A stretch of DNA of 57,145 bases, filler included, from Basidiobolus ranarum (GCA_040143965.1; 2 parts of 2 records of this genome joined end to end with filler, not necessarily neighbours in it), one strand, 5' to 3'; positions 1 to 13,128 are shown, counted from the first letter of the whole stretch. The notes: generated by a model not told the origin, from the sequence alone. Numbers and translations are program-made.

Positions 1-706
1 TAGAAATAAAAATACAGTTGCTTTCACCTATCCAGAAGCAAGAGAGTTAGGTTTTGGTTAGAATGGTCACTAGTTGAAGCATGCAAATAAACAGAAGAAG
101 AATATAGAAAGGAAGCTCCTCAAAGTAGCGTCACATGGAGTTTCTATTAGTACTTGTTAAAGCGGCAACTACTACTTTCAGAAAGAGTAATGAATGAAGA
201 TGTCATTTTCAGCACCCGCTGACGAATACCTAGGAATATGATATGTAAACCATTGACTGCTAATTTTTGAGTAAAGCTAGTGTCACAAGCCCTCTGATGT
301 GTCCCTACGTTCTACTTGTCATGACATTTTAAGCCTATTATGTCATATTTCACTCTATGATACCCGTGACCTATATGTTTCCAGTAATATCTAAGAATTC
401 ATATGCGTGTCTATTGTGTGTACAAGACTGTCAATTGCGATTCCAAGATTCATTTCCAAATATAATTAATATCTCCTTCAATCAAGTAGATATGATATCA
501 TCTTAAAAGGAATGCTGATAGGGAAAAAGGGATAGCAAGGATATCCCCTCTCATAGCTATCTCTAAACATTAACCTTTCTTGATAACGTTTGTTTTATGA
601 ACATTCTATACCACGTATCTTTTTACTATTCCTTTATCTAAAGCCCACTTCTCACGTTGAAGACTGTACACAAGAAAGAAATATACATATATATATATAT
701 ATAAAC

Positions 707-3273
707 ATGTTATCATTTAAAGCCTTACTGAGCTCACTTGTGTTCATTATGGTATATACCTCAGTTGCAGCTAAACCAACTTCGAATCAAAAGCAACAAT
801 TCTTTGGGCCAGATCTCAGCCTTCCTACAGCCAGAGTCTTAGAGTTTAATTTGGCAAATTCATTAGACTCCGAAGCTTCCTTTCGCCTTAGTACAAAGGT
901 ATGTTTATTCCAAATTTCAAACACCTATCCGTATAGAATCCTAACTATGTTTTATAAATCCTAAGAGTGATATGTCACTTTCTTGCCGAGTATGTCAAGC
1001 AGTTGCCAATGCGGCTCGAAAAGCAGTTTTACAAAAGATTTCCACGAAAGTGGTGCTCACTTCTGTTATAGAATCTTGCATTCTATTTAAAGTTCAATCG
1101 GCCCACATTGTTAGTATCCAATCCACTTCATACTCAGTTAGTATTTAGTCAACTAAAGTTTACTTTCGTTCAGTGTCGGGAAGTAGTAGGACAGTTTGGT
1201 CCATGGGCTTTGACAGTTGCTGCCAATACCATATTTGATGGAGAGATTTTATGTGGTCAATTAAAATTCTGCCCTGCGTTCCAACGGCCTTCATTAGAGT
1301 TACCTTTACCACCTCGTAACCGTGCTCCTTCATCTCCAGAAATAATTGATCCTGAGGGAGAACGACTTTTTGTACTACATTTGAGTGACTGGCATTATGA
1401 TCCTGAGTATACGGTATAGGGTTCATTTATCTCATTCTTGTAGGAATCCATCTAAATTTTCTGTACTTTCAGGAAGGATTTGAGGCAGATTGTGGTGAGC
1501 CACTGTGCTGTCGACCTCCTCATAATTCTGGACCCCTTATTAAAAGGCCTGCTGGTCTATGGGGAGATTATAACTGCGGTAAAATAAGCGAATTATTCAT
1601 TTGATTTGATGAAATGCAATATTTAACTTTCTCGATCATTAGATGCTAGTCGTCTTGTTATTGATAGCATGCTTAAGGCAATTCCAGAGGTGGCACCTAA
1701 AATTGACTTTGTTGTGATGACTGGGTAAGTGTTGAAACTCTCTAACTTGATCTCCACAGTCTAATGAGTAATTACTGTTTTCTAGTGATCTCCCTCCTCA
1801 TGGTACATATATATAGAGTATAGTCCATGATTGAACTTATTACTAATTCTTGTTAGATATCTGGGCGGAGACTCAGGAGTCTGTTTTGGAAGTAGAGAAG
1901 ACTGTTATGACAGACATGAGAAGAGCATTTGAAAAGATCAATGCTACTGCTTACTTTAGCATTGGTAGGAAGAATCATTCAATGGTTAAAACTTGGCCAT
2001 ACTAACTAATCTTGAATAGGTAACCATGAATCTGCACCTATCAACTCATTTCCTACCAGTTCTATGAACTTTGATAGCATTGATTGGCTTTACAACTCGG
2101 TTTGTAGACTAAATTACTATATGAATGTATTGAATTAGAGGACTGACATTACTTCATAGCTTGCTGAACAGTGGGTCTCTTGGCTTCCGGAAAAAAGCCT
2201 AGAGAATCTCAGAAAAGCTGGCTTTTACTCTATAAGCCGTCCCGAAGAGGAGCTGAAGATCATCTCAATCAACTCTAACCTGGGTTACCGGTTTAATTGG
2301 TGGCTTCACGTTCGTCGTAACGAGACTGATCCTGAGAGTATGTTTCAGTGGTTAATAGAAGAGCTTCAGGAATCCGAGAATATCGGCGAGAAGGTGTTCA
2401 TTATTGGAGTGAGTAATTAGTCAAGACATTCAATTACACTTCTAGAAATTAACTTGTAGATATCTTAGCACATGTCACCATTAGACTACATCGATGGCCT
2501 TAACTGGTTTCGTCACGAGTTCTCACGAATTGTTGCTCGATACTCTGACACAATAATGGGACAATTTTATGGACATACCCATTATGATGAGTTTCAAATA
2601 TTTTACAGTCATGACAACTCCACAATGCCACAGAAAACCCCTATCAGTGTTGGTTATATCGGCCCCTCTGTAACCCCTTATGAAGATGTAAATCCAAGTT
2701 TTAGAGTGTACGAGATTGACAAGAGAACCAAACAAGTAGTGAATCATTTCACCTACGCCTTAGATATCGTTAAAGCTAACGAACGAAAATCTTCAAAATG
2801 GGAACTTATGTACTCTGCCAAAGAAGCCTACGGTTTGAACGATTTAAGTCCAAATAGTTGGAATGGTAAATTATCTTTAGATATCTTCTCTAACAACCCC
2901 TATTAACTTCAAGTATTGTGTTACAGAACTAATAGATCGTTTTGAGACCGACCCTGAGCTCTTCAACCAATTCTTCAAATTTAAATCCCGTCGGTTCCTC
3001 TCCCTCATTGATCCACGTCATCGTGTAGAACCCTGCTCGCTCAATAGTAAATGTCGTCAACAGATACTTTGTGGTCTTCGTGGATCCAAGAAATGCCAAA
3101 ATCAACAGACCAAGAGTAATGATGTTCGACTAAAGGTGACATATATGAGCGAAGATTCAGATGATGAGCCTGTGGTCGAAGTCGAAGGTATTGATACAGT
3201 CGTTTTTCGAACAATCGTTGATTTGATTGGCAAAGACTATGATGATAGTGTTCCTCGAGCTATGTGCCATTAA
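707..3273 (+). CDS. Secreted acid sphingomyelinase-like metallophosphoesterase (signal peptide + saposin-B domain + calcineurin-like phosphoesterase), multi-exon
   Basis: ATG 707 with hydrophobic signal (MLSFKALLSSLVFIMVYTSVAA). Saposin cysteines (CRVCQ...C...C...CGQLKFC). Spliced motifs LSDWHYDP, CGEPLCCR, WGDYNCD, TGDLPPHDIW, GNHESAP, GHMSP, FYGHTHYDEF, PSVTPY..NPSFRVY. GT-AG introns; stop TAA ends 3273. Confidence 0.92.
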
Positions 3274-4454
3274 ACAACCTACATCTACTGTAAATTTCTC
3301 AAGTTATTTGAATAAACAGTGATTCAAACACAAAAATATTACTACAAATATTGACCTATCTAGCTTTACTGATAATTCCCATATACTTTACAATTAGTAC
3401 TAACATCTGCATCCTTGGTACATACTTCAAAATTAATCAATAGAAATATTTCATTTCAAATCTATCTTATTTCCAACTCTACTAAACCCACAAAATAGCC
3501 CGTTTATTGTTGGGTAGATATATTCGTAAAAGAGGATTTCTTGTTTGTTAGTGTAAATACACTTACCGAATTCAGTGCCATTAATGGGGTAGAATCGAAC
3601 CAAGTCTAAGGGACAGTTACAAGTGAAAGTACAAGCATCTGAGATCACACTGAAATCTGGAAATAGTTGGAATATCCAAAATCAACTGACCCTAAGACTA
3701 ATCAACATTGGATTGAATGATTAAAACCATATGCTTTTCAACGGCCTAGACATAAGTTAAAAATAAACGCGCTACCAAATAGAGGTAACATCCAAAGAGT
3801 CACCTGATACATCAGAGGGTATAAGCTTAAAAAGAAACCCGAACCTCGCATTCATTCTCATTTGGTTTAGCTCTGTTTAAACTTTAACGCCATAAAACCT
3901 CATATCAAAAGAAACTTCTATTATGTAATTAAATCCAAGTTGGTAAATAGTTAACCGGAATGTTTGAATCCTAAGAATGTTTCACTTTGTCCAATTATTC
4001 TAGAATAGATCTCATGACCGAAACACATGCCCAGAGCCCTTGTCCATGCATCTTCGTTCTACAGGATCAAACCTGTTCTATAGTTGAAGCTAATGCATCC
4101 CAAGTAGATCTAGAAAATAGCGTGAATTCTACCCACATGATATGCCTAACGTCTATGGGGTAAAAGCGCCAAGGATCGTCTAAAATTTGTAATACTAAAG
4201 ACAAAATTGATACGGAATTTTGTGTGCTCCATTTACAACTGTGAATCCATCTTCGGTAAAACTATCGCGATTATTCCCCTCAAAACTTAAAGCTTACTCG
4301 GTACTTGAATATCAATTTAAGGTGACTTTATTATGATACATTATGTGTCAAAGTATATGCGGTGAACGATTAGCGAGAATATATGAATTGGTGAAACTAT
4401 TAAAATAATGGTTCAAATGTACAAAGTGAGGGATTGTATAATTAAATTAGAATT

Positions 4455-5507
4455 TTAAGTGCGAACGACCACCATAGGAGGTGTATCGTCCTTCTCTTGC
4501 TGAGCATTATCGGAATCACGGGATAAATCCGACATACTGAATGGAAGTGAGCAGTAGTTTTTCTTGCTGTTGCGTTCAGGAAGAATATGACCATGATATA
4601 TCCAGATGAAGGCGATGAGTGCATAAATTAAGCCTCCGAATAGATCAACAAGATAGTGATGACGAAGGTATAAGCAGGCCCACCAAATCCAAAAGACGTA
4701 GCCAAAATTAAGTGGAATCATCCAAGGGTTAATGCGGGCAATAAAGAGATTGATGAGTACTGCGCTAGCACTGTGCAGACTTGGCCAAGCTCCAAATACA
4801 AGTGGGGAATTACCAAAGGTATTACCATACAAATTGATATGAAGAATTCCATCTACACGGGCCAATCCTCCTGGGTTTCCGGGCATGGAGTAGTCAGCGG
4901 GTTGGGTTCCAAATAAATAAAAATACCAAGGTGAGGCAGTAGGGAAGGCAATCTGTGTGACTACACCAGCAAGGTTCATGTATCCATAAGCTCTGGCAAA
5001 TCGTGGAAGTGTTCCTTTAGGGCCAAGGAAATAAAATACAGGAATGGCAATTACTCCATTAACAAAGTGTAGAACTCCGTAAGGAATCCATGCGAAGATA
5101 TCCTTGACTGGAGAGGTGTTGCTGGCGAGTTTGTCGGAAAGATTACCACCAAATATAGCTGATTCAATATCTGGTAGAGAGGTAACATTAATTACTGGGC
5201 GAATATCGGTGGGGATTCCACCGCAACTAGTGAAGAGAGTGAGCCAAGCCAAAACTGGAAGAGCAGGGCATAATATAGGGCGCAAGTTTGGTGTAAACAG
5301 TAACAGTCCGACAACTACTACACCAATGATAACTCTTAAGGCCACATGTATGGTACCCCACATGAAGAAAGGCATAAAAGCAGCACATAGAACTAATCCT
5401 TCGATGGTATTTCTAGCGAATGCAATCTTTTCTTTCTTTGTGGTTGGTTTGTGGAGTTTGGGAACTTCAACCCGAATTAAATCCTTATGCTTACGAAAAT
5501 CGTACAT
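4455..5507 (-). CDS. AUR1: Inositol phosphorylceramide synthase catalytic subunit (Aur1/PAP2 superfamily), intronless
   Basis: Multi-TM ORF with Aur1 motifs AWIPYGVLHF, FPTASPWY, GNPGGLARVD, SPLVFGAWPSLHSA and LYLRHHYLVDLFGG. Confidence 0.9.
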   Translation of the reverse strand: MYDFRKHKDLIRVEVPKLHKPTTKKEKIAFARNTIEGLVLCAAFMPFFMWGTIHVALRVIIGVVVVGLLLFTPNLRPILCPALPVLAWLTLFTSCGGIPTDIRPVINVTSLPDIESAIFGGNLSDKLASNTSPVKDIFAWIPYGVLHFVNGVIAIPVFYFLGPKGTLPRFARAYGYMNLAGVVTQIAFPTASPWYFYLFGTQPADYSMPGNPGGLARVDGILHINLYGNTFGNSPLVFGAWPSLHSASAVLINLFIARINPWMIPLNFGYVFWIWWACLYLRHHYLVDLFGGLIYALIAFIWIYHGHILPERNSKKNYCSLPFSMSDLSRDSDNAQQEKDDTPPMVVVRT

Positions 5508-7075
5508 TATAACGGGTGGTGGGTGATTGTGTGAAATACAGAATGAGAAGATGATTCTTGGTGTGCTGGTATATGGTCACAATGCTGATGCTGAAGCAAC
5601 CGATAAATATCTAACGAGAAAATTGATGATTCTGTAAAGGAACGAACGGTCGGTATTTATGTGATTTGCATGTTCGTTCAATCCAGATTGAGATACACAT
5701 GGATAAGCGGAATAATTGAATACCACAATCACCCGAAATGACCAAGTGACGGAAAAGGGTATGACGCCACACCGAGTCCAGGATTGACTTGATGATCCAT
5801 TATAATTTAACGGTAATCATCGATCAACACAACGCATTATTAATGGACGACTGATTAGTAATTTTCTTATTCAAAGCTAGTTTGAGTTAGTGTCATATAT
5901 CTGAGTAAAACTATTAATACAAAACGTGGGAGGGGAAGAGTGCTACTCATGCCATTCCCCCTTAAAGTGAGCACTTAAAGAGTGTCTCAATTGGATGGTT
6001 TTCAGTCGCCAAGTGAACTTAAACTTTGGCATAAAAAAGGAACTACCATCCTGTTTCTTTGTCCGCAGTGACTCTATTTGAACTCTATTATGCGGAAGTT
6101 TCCAAAGAAAGATGTAGAAACAAAATCCTCATGCCAATACCAAATCGAGCTCCGTTTGTTCTTCCCCACCTCAACCTATTCGAAATCCCTTTTAACCCAA
6201 TGCCATTTTTCCGAAGATCATCTGTTTTAGTGATGACAACAATAACTGAACTGGTTTCAATTTTTTTGACATCTACCGCTTCTATATATGGATGAGTATT
6301 GCATAGAGTGGTACAAGTTTTTTTGTAGGAGTTGGATTGTGCATGAAATGTGTAAGGGATTACTAACTAGCTGGCTTCTCGGAGATATTAACACCGCACG
6401 CGTAAATTCTATTTCGCCTACTTTCGTCTACTTTATGAAGATTTACCAATACTCAGTTCAGTTTAGACTTGCCTACGACTTCTACGTAAGATTAAAGTTA
6501 AAGTTTAGGAGCATTTGACCCGAACATGTTTCATTTTATTTATTAGAGTTTGGTCTGAAGTTGAATTTGAGATTAAATCATCTCTTTGGTAGTTATTTAT
6601 TCCGCAAGCTGTGATTAGTCAAATGTTACACAACGGTGATAATCAGTCCATACACATGTATTCTGCGATCTTTATCCGAGTCGACCGGACCAGGCTCCTT
6701 ACGTTCTGATTGAGCAAGCAGTTTCATCTGAAAATGATCTCGGGTTTAGCTTGGCCAACTCACATTGTGAATTCTGCCGTTTTCTTGTACAAAGTCTTGC
6801 TGGTAGAAACTGAAATGCTGGTAAAGAGAGCTAGTTACTATGACATCATTTGGTCCAATCATGGATGCTGCAAGTCTGTGCCTGGGGTTTTCCTATTTGG
6901 ACGAATTACCGATGGAAGACAGAAAATCACTCATTCTCCCATCCCGGTTTACTAAAACCCGAGATCCGATCTCATTATATGATAATACTTTATTTTATGT
7001 AAGAATTCAGATACGAATTATTTTTTCCTCCCCTCTCCCATTTAATTAACGGAATCGATGGTTTTAGAACATTTT

Positions 7076-7432
7076 CTATAGATTCATTCTATTATCTTTA
7101 AATATCAGAAAGTGGCTGAGTGTCCCTTGGCTTTTCTCTGGTACATCTTTCTTTCCAGTATTTGGACTTGGATTTTGTGCATTCGTTGATCGGTTTTTTT
7201 TACGCGATAGTCTTCTCCGCACATTTTGCGATACCCCCTTCGGTACAGCCATTAATACATTCCAACATACCTCGACAACGAAGAATGCTAGACGAATGGA
7301 GACCAATGCCCCAAGGCATACAGAAGATAAAAATGTGAAGGAAATATAGGTCAGTGTAATGAGAAAGAGTAAGGGATATGCAATGAGCTTGAATGAAAAA
7401 GTCAAGATGTGAGAAGAAATTACTGTAAGCAT
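7076..7432 (-). CDS. Small hypothetical membrane protein (N-terminal hydrophobic segments, basic C-terminal tail)
   Basis: ATG-initiated 118-aa ORF with two hydrophobic stretches followed by RRRLSRKK; no family securely recognised. Confidence 0.55.
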   Translation of the reverse strand: MLTVISSHILTFSFKLIAYPLLFLITLTYISFTFLSSVCLGALVSIRLAFFVVEVCWNVLMAVPKGVSQNVRRRLSRKKNRSTNAQNPSPNTGKKDVPEKSQGTLSHFLIFKDNRMNL

Positions 7433-8322
7433 TATTAGTAGCCTTCCAACAGCAGAGGGGAAAAGTGGAAGGTGGGCAACAAATGGGTACTGGAAGGACT
7501 CTTTATCTACAATGTCTGGAATGATCTTATGCCCGACTCAACATGTGATTTGGCCCACTACATACATGTTTATCGATTGAAGTTAGGGACTATATCTCAT
7601 TTTGCAAGCACTCATAGAAATATGCATCCTAATAATATTCTACAAAAGCAGGGATATCATTCTGCCTGAGTGTACTTGCAGACAAACTCCCGACTCAATG
7701 TCTAACTGCATATCCAAATGGATTTTTATTATGAGGATTAATCTTTGAATTACTGGTACATCCTGAGAAAATCTACCCAACATATCAACCAATTCTCAAG
7801 AAATCTATTGTTCCTTTGGCTCTTCAGCAGGTGCAAAGGTGATTCTATATTTGTTGATATTGTGAGGTGCATCAACGAATGCTACAAAAAATATGTTGAA
7901 GTTCAAATTTGAACATTATATTTCAACACGAGGCAAGTGCTTTTCAGTCTTCCATTACTGAATGTATATCAAGATTTTATTTTGAATGAATTTCTAGCTA
8001 GCTAGATTTCCTAGTTAATAAAGGTATATATCCTGTAATGGTGTCTCTTACTCATTGCTGTTTAAAATTGGAATTTCAAACTAGTTACAATTGACTAATA
8101 CGCGTAACAAAAGAAACATGAGATAAAATGAAAACATTGCCATAACAGGAGGATCCAATTTTTTGAGTGACATGTATAGCATAAATCCATAGGAGATCAA
8201 AGGGCAGGTTAAAAAAAAGGTTTGAAATGAAAACGGTGCAACTAGTATTGTTAGTGAATTTTGCACGAACGTTACTTTCCCTCATACAACTTTTACATTC
8301 TTTCCCGTAAGAAGTTAACACG

Positions 8323-10454
8323 ATGTCAGACAACTTCATCGCCAACATGAAACCTGAGGAAATCCAGGTATTTTTTAGTTTAGATCCTACAAAGTAAATC
8401 GTTTCCTTCCTCAATATGCTTATTTTTCACTCTCTCGACAATCGTAGGATAAAATTATGTACAAATTGGCTGAATATGGATATGGTGCTGAAGATGGTAG
8501 GCATACACTTTTGAGAGTTTAGATCGTACACTGATGAACCTCACACGACTCTTAATTGTTTAGATCCAATGCTAGCAGAATTCGTTGCCGTAATGGTAGC
8601 CAACAAAAAAAGTTTAGAGCAAGTAAACTCAGAAATGACGGATTGTAAGTGGTATTTTCTCTTCATAATAGTGAACAAACGCGTATTTATTTTGGACCAT
8701 CTATAGTGATCGGTCCTGATTACAACCCTGGTTTTGGTGACTGGTTAATGCAATTTACCAACCCAGCCAGCAATTCAAGCAAACCTGAATCTTCACAACC
8801 AGAAAGTACTCCCACAGGTAAGTAAAAGATTATATCATTTGCAATTATCGATTGATCTAATGATTTTTTTTCTTGATTCGTTTGCAGACTCTATGGCCGT
8901 AGACGAAGATTCTATACATGCCAAGACTTCCACGTATATTACTTTTATACATGCTTATAATTTAACTCTTAGCTAATGTTTTCATTCGTTGTTATAGTCG
9001 TCAACAAGGGATCGCTCCTCAGAAGTCTAGATTGTTGATGAGTGCCTTGAGCAACGTTAATAAAGCTGAAACAGAGGATAAACGTGAAAAACGCCGTAAA
9101 GATGAAATGGATATAGAGGATGATCATACACTTAATAATGGTCAAAAACAACGTAGAATAAATCAAGTGCGCGAGAAACCCACTCGAGGCAAACGTGGCA
9201 AAGCTCATCAAGGCGACAGAGACAGACCACACAGGAAAACTCAAGAAACGGTGTTTACTATTTCATTGGAACCTAAGAAGAGTAATCAAACTACAGATAT
9301 CACACAAGATACTTTAAAAGACCAGCCACAACGTTGCACTTTTTGGCCCAATTGCTCTAAAGGAGAGGAGTGTAAATTCTTCCATCCTACCAAGCCTTGT
9401 CGGTAAGTATCATTTGATTTTAAATCTTTTCTCTGTCTATATCATAAGCTAATGAATATCTACAGGGATTACCCCAACTGTCCAAACGGCACCAAGTGCC
9501 TATTCATTCACCTAGATGACGAAAATACAGAGTCAAATAAGAAAACCATCGCGTGTAAGTTTGGAGCCAAGTGTACCAATCCTGATTGCAAATTCTCTCA
9601 CCCAAGTCCTGCTGCTATTGCTGCCAGTACCAGTAGGTTTAATTCAAACCCTCATTCATCACTCACATATGCTCACATATAACTTCGATTAGAATCTGAA
9701 AAAACTGAGCGTTGTCGTTACTATCCAAACTGTAAGAATGCAGCTTGTACTTACAGTCACGTTGACGAGCCACAACCACATTATGGGTAAGTATTTTTGC
9801 ATTTATCGTAGTGTATTTATTTCATATTGTTAACAATGCTCTACCAGAGAGTCTCTTGCTTCTGACTCAGCTCCAGTCTCACATTCACTTCAGATTAAGA
9901 AGGTTCCTGTTCAATGTCGTGACGGATCGAACTGTACTCGTCCTGGATGCCACTTTTTACATCCTGGTGAAGCTGCTGTGTATGTTTAGTTTTACACATT
10001 CACACAACCTAACCCAAGCAGAACTAACACGATTCATTTTTTTAGAGAGCAACCAACCAACAAAGTCCCCATACAATGTAGAGATGGAGCAGATTGTAAG
10101 CGTCCAGGTTGCCATTTCCTACACCCTGGAGAAGAGATGTCACCAAATGCTATTCCTGTAAGTAATTTCTATGTTAGTCTAAAAATGAGGAGTTTGTTTA
10201 ACATTTCAAATATCAAATAGTGCCGATTCGGTGTTTACTGTAAACGTCCAGATTGTAAATTCTCACATCCCCATCGTCAAACTGGAACTAGTCACATCAG
10301 TGAACGACCATTCTCTGTTGATAATGACAATGTTGTAGAGAAACTTCCAGTGATGAATGGCAACCTGACGGGTAATACTTCGATAGGAATTAGCGATACA
10401 GTCAACTCTGGTGTGAATGATGATGAAAATGTCGATGTTATTATGGACCTGTAA
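8323..10454 (+). CDS. NAB2: Nuclear poly(A)-binding protein Nab2/ZC3H14 (PWI-like N-terminus + 7 CCCH zinc fingers), multi-exon
   Basis: Spliced N-terminus DKIMYKLAEYGY..DPMLAEFVAVMVANKKS. Seven fingers: CTFWPNC..C...H, CRDYPNC, CKFGAKC, CRYYPNC, CRDGSNC, CRDGADC, CRFGVYC. C-terminal HISER motif; stop TAA ends 10454. Confidence 0.88.
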
Positions 10455-11639
10455 TTCTCTAAGCCACAATTTATTTATATATCTATAAGGTGCCACAATG
10501 CAAAATGTATAATATATGTTTTCCTCCATTTCATTACATTCCTTTACGCCTTGCGCCAAGACAAAAACGTAAACTAAGATAAAGATTTTCTGCCATTCCC
10601 TTTTCTTCCTCTATATCTAGGCCTTTGTTTTAGTTGATTTTATCTCATATATCATATGCTCAAGTACGATTTGCTGTACTATAATTACCGTAAGTCAACA
10701 GCCCAGGAAAAGATGAACATTAATTTGAATATACGCGGATAATCATTCGTAGTGAACGATCTAAAATCACTGTATACCAATATATGCCAGCTGATCATTA
10801 TGCACGTCAACATTAGTCAGAATCTATAGTCTAGATATGTACCAGTGTGGTTTAGCAACATTATAGTTAAAAACTTGGCAGCAACATAGGAAATGTTAAA
10901 GGAATACACATAGATTAAAAGAATTAGCACCAACACCAGCTATTTCTCCGATCTAGCACGCAGATGAACACATCTTATTAGTATCCAGATCACGGAACTT
11001 GGAAGTCACTATTTGTTAGCTTACAATTGGTGAATTAGAGCGTCATCTGCATGGAGGAACATGATGGTGAATTGCTCTCGGCTCGGCGGGTTACTTTACT
11101 CACGAGTTGTTCTATTCTGTAACAGGAGTAAGACTCTTCCTATACACTCTATTGAAATAGTTGTTTACCCGTTTATTGATATGCGTCGTAGAGTTCTCCA
11201 CAATGGGCCTTTCTGTGTTACCATTACATATGAATCGGCTAATATAGGTGGGTTGATTTTAATGAGGAACATTAGGAATCGAATGAGTTTTCTTTTTGTT
11301 ATTCTGTAACCTTGATTGCATCGCTATTTATCTCGTGCATGTTGCATGCACCAACGTGAAAATAGGTATGAATGTGAACATTGGGAATCTGTAGTAGTTC
11401 AACACCTTCGTTGCTAGCTTATGCATTTGCGTCAGGGATGAAGCCTATGATGGCTAGTCGTTCTCGAAGTACTCAGTTGAAATTAATATTCCATATGACA
11501 TGCAATTCGAAACACGATCATATAAAAGAAGTTTCACCCCGGGAGTTTAGGTTCCTGGTAGCTCCAATCGTTAAATCTTCTCCACTATCTTGGCGACTTT
11601 TCACTTGTCAACTAAAGGAACATATCCAACCCCATTAAG

Positions 11640-13128
11640 ATGCTGACCAAATTCATCCCCTTTGGCCTCACGCTGCTCAGTCTTTTCTCGAATATTATAG
11701 TTAGCGCCCAAACATGCCAAACACCATATATACGTCGAGAGATCCGGGAAATTTCGAAGCAAGAGTGGGATGACTTCGTGGTAGCCATTCAAACTCTTCA
11801 TTCGGGGCCATCACCCACTACATACGATAAACTAGTAGCGATTCATCTCCAGTACGTACCCACTGCTCACAGCAGCCCACTTTTTTTCCCATGGCACAGA
11901 AGATTTATGAAAGAGTTTGAACTCGCCCTTCAAAAAATCAATCCCAACGTCATCGTACCATACTGGGTAAGTGTTTCGCCTGATTAAATACAAAGTACTA
12001 CAAACTAATGGAAATCATTATTGAATTCATCAGGATTGGACCATTGATTCACAAGCTCCAGAGCAAAGTATACTTTTCCGTCCAGAATATTTTGGAGCCA
12101 GTGGTGATACAGAGTGCATCATGGATGGCCCTTTTAAGAACTGGAATATGGCAGTCCCTAAAGGTCACTGCTTAAAGCGCCGCTGGAACAAAGGTAAACA
12201 AATTGGTGCCTTATACCCGCCGGAACTTCTTGCAAAGATTTGCCAACAATCAAGGAGTTTTCAAGAGTTTCGGATTGCCATTGAAGCAGCGCCACACGCT
12301 CTGGTGCATGCTAACATCGGTGGTGATGGCGGTGATGTCAGTACTATGTGGAGTCCCAACGAGTAAGCTATTTTAATTACCTCATGTGTAACTTGATTTG
12401 ACCTAACCACTTTGACCAGTCCAATTTTCTGGGTTCATCATGCGTATGTTGATAAGATTTGGGCGTATTTCCAGAGACTCAGGCCCAATATTGGGATGAT
12501 TTATGAAGGTATCAACAACGAAAACAAAACTGTCAGCCCCACTGATACCATCGAGCCATTCGGTGTGGCAGTTAAGGATGTCTTGGACATCAGAGATGTA
12601 GGGCTATGCTACACATACAGTAATCTCGATATGTTATCCCTAAGAGGCCCCAATCCACAAAAGAATCATAATATACCTAGGTCTGTAAAGCAGGAAAGTC
12701 ACATTAAAAGAGATAACTCTGTGGGCCCGAACGACAGAACTGATGATACTAAGCTTCGAACTCCGTCAAAGGTTCCCGAGAAATGGGCCAGGATGAATGG
12801 CTTCAATATCAATGAGATACGTGCGTTGGAGGAGGAATATAATTCATTTATTCAGGATATTAATGACGATGATGATTACATCTCACCTGTTTCACTAGCT
12901 AGAAAAAATAACACCATTCAGCGCTTGATTGAAGGAACTTTAAGTAGCCTTTCGCTGCTCCAAGGGATGAAGAGCATCCCTCTACTTGATATCTCAGAAT
13001 TGCTAAATGGAAACAAATTAGTTCAGGGAGGCCAAGTGAACCATCTCGTTCACAAAGTAACTTCAGTGTTGGGTGGAGGCGGTCGCGCTCCTGGTAAAAA
13101 TTCGGGAATTTTGGGCGGAATTTTGTAG
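11640..13128 (+). CDS. Secreted tyrosinase (type-3 di-copper protein); exons 11640-11966, 12034-12362, 12420-13128
   Basis: Signal peptide, RREIR, CuA (AIH..AHSSPLFFPWHR), PYWDW, CuB (PHALVH..SPNDPIFWVHHAYVD), LCYTY motif. Confidence 0.93.

Noticed and set aside
3451-3648. 65-aa minus-strand Cys-containing ORF with an internal GTAAGT...CTAAC...AG
   Set aside because: Non-ATG start, implied intron only ~27 nt, no recognisable family.
5104-5526. 140-aa plus-strand ORF
   Set aside because: Antisense shadow of AUR1; the same applies to the antisense ORFs over Nab2, NAT1, the dioxygenase, PPR and the cyclins.
6059-7049. Several 69-81 aa ORFs upstream of AUR1
   Set aside because: No motifs or coherent splice structure; consistent with chance.
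10455-10620. Possible Nab2 autoregulatory A-tract as in budding yeast
   Set aside because: No long poly(A) run downstream of the stop codon.
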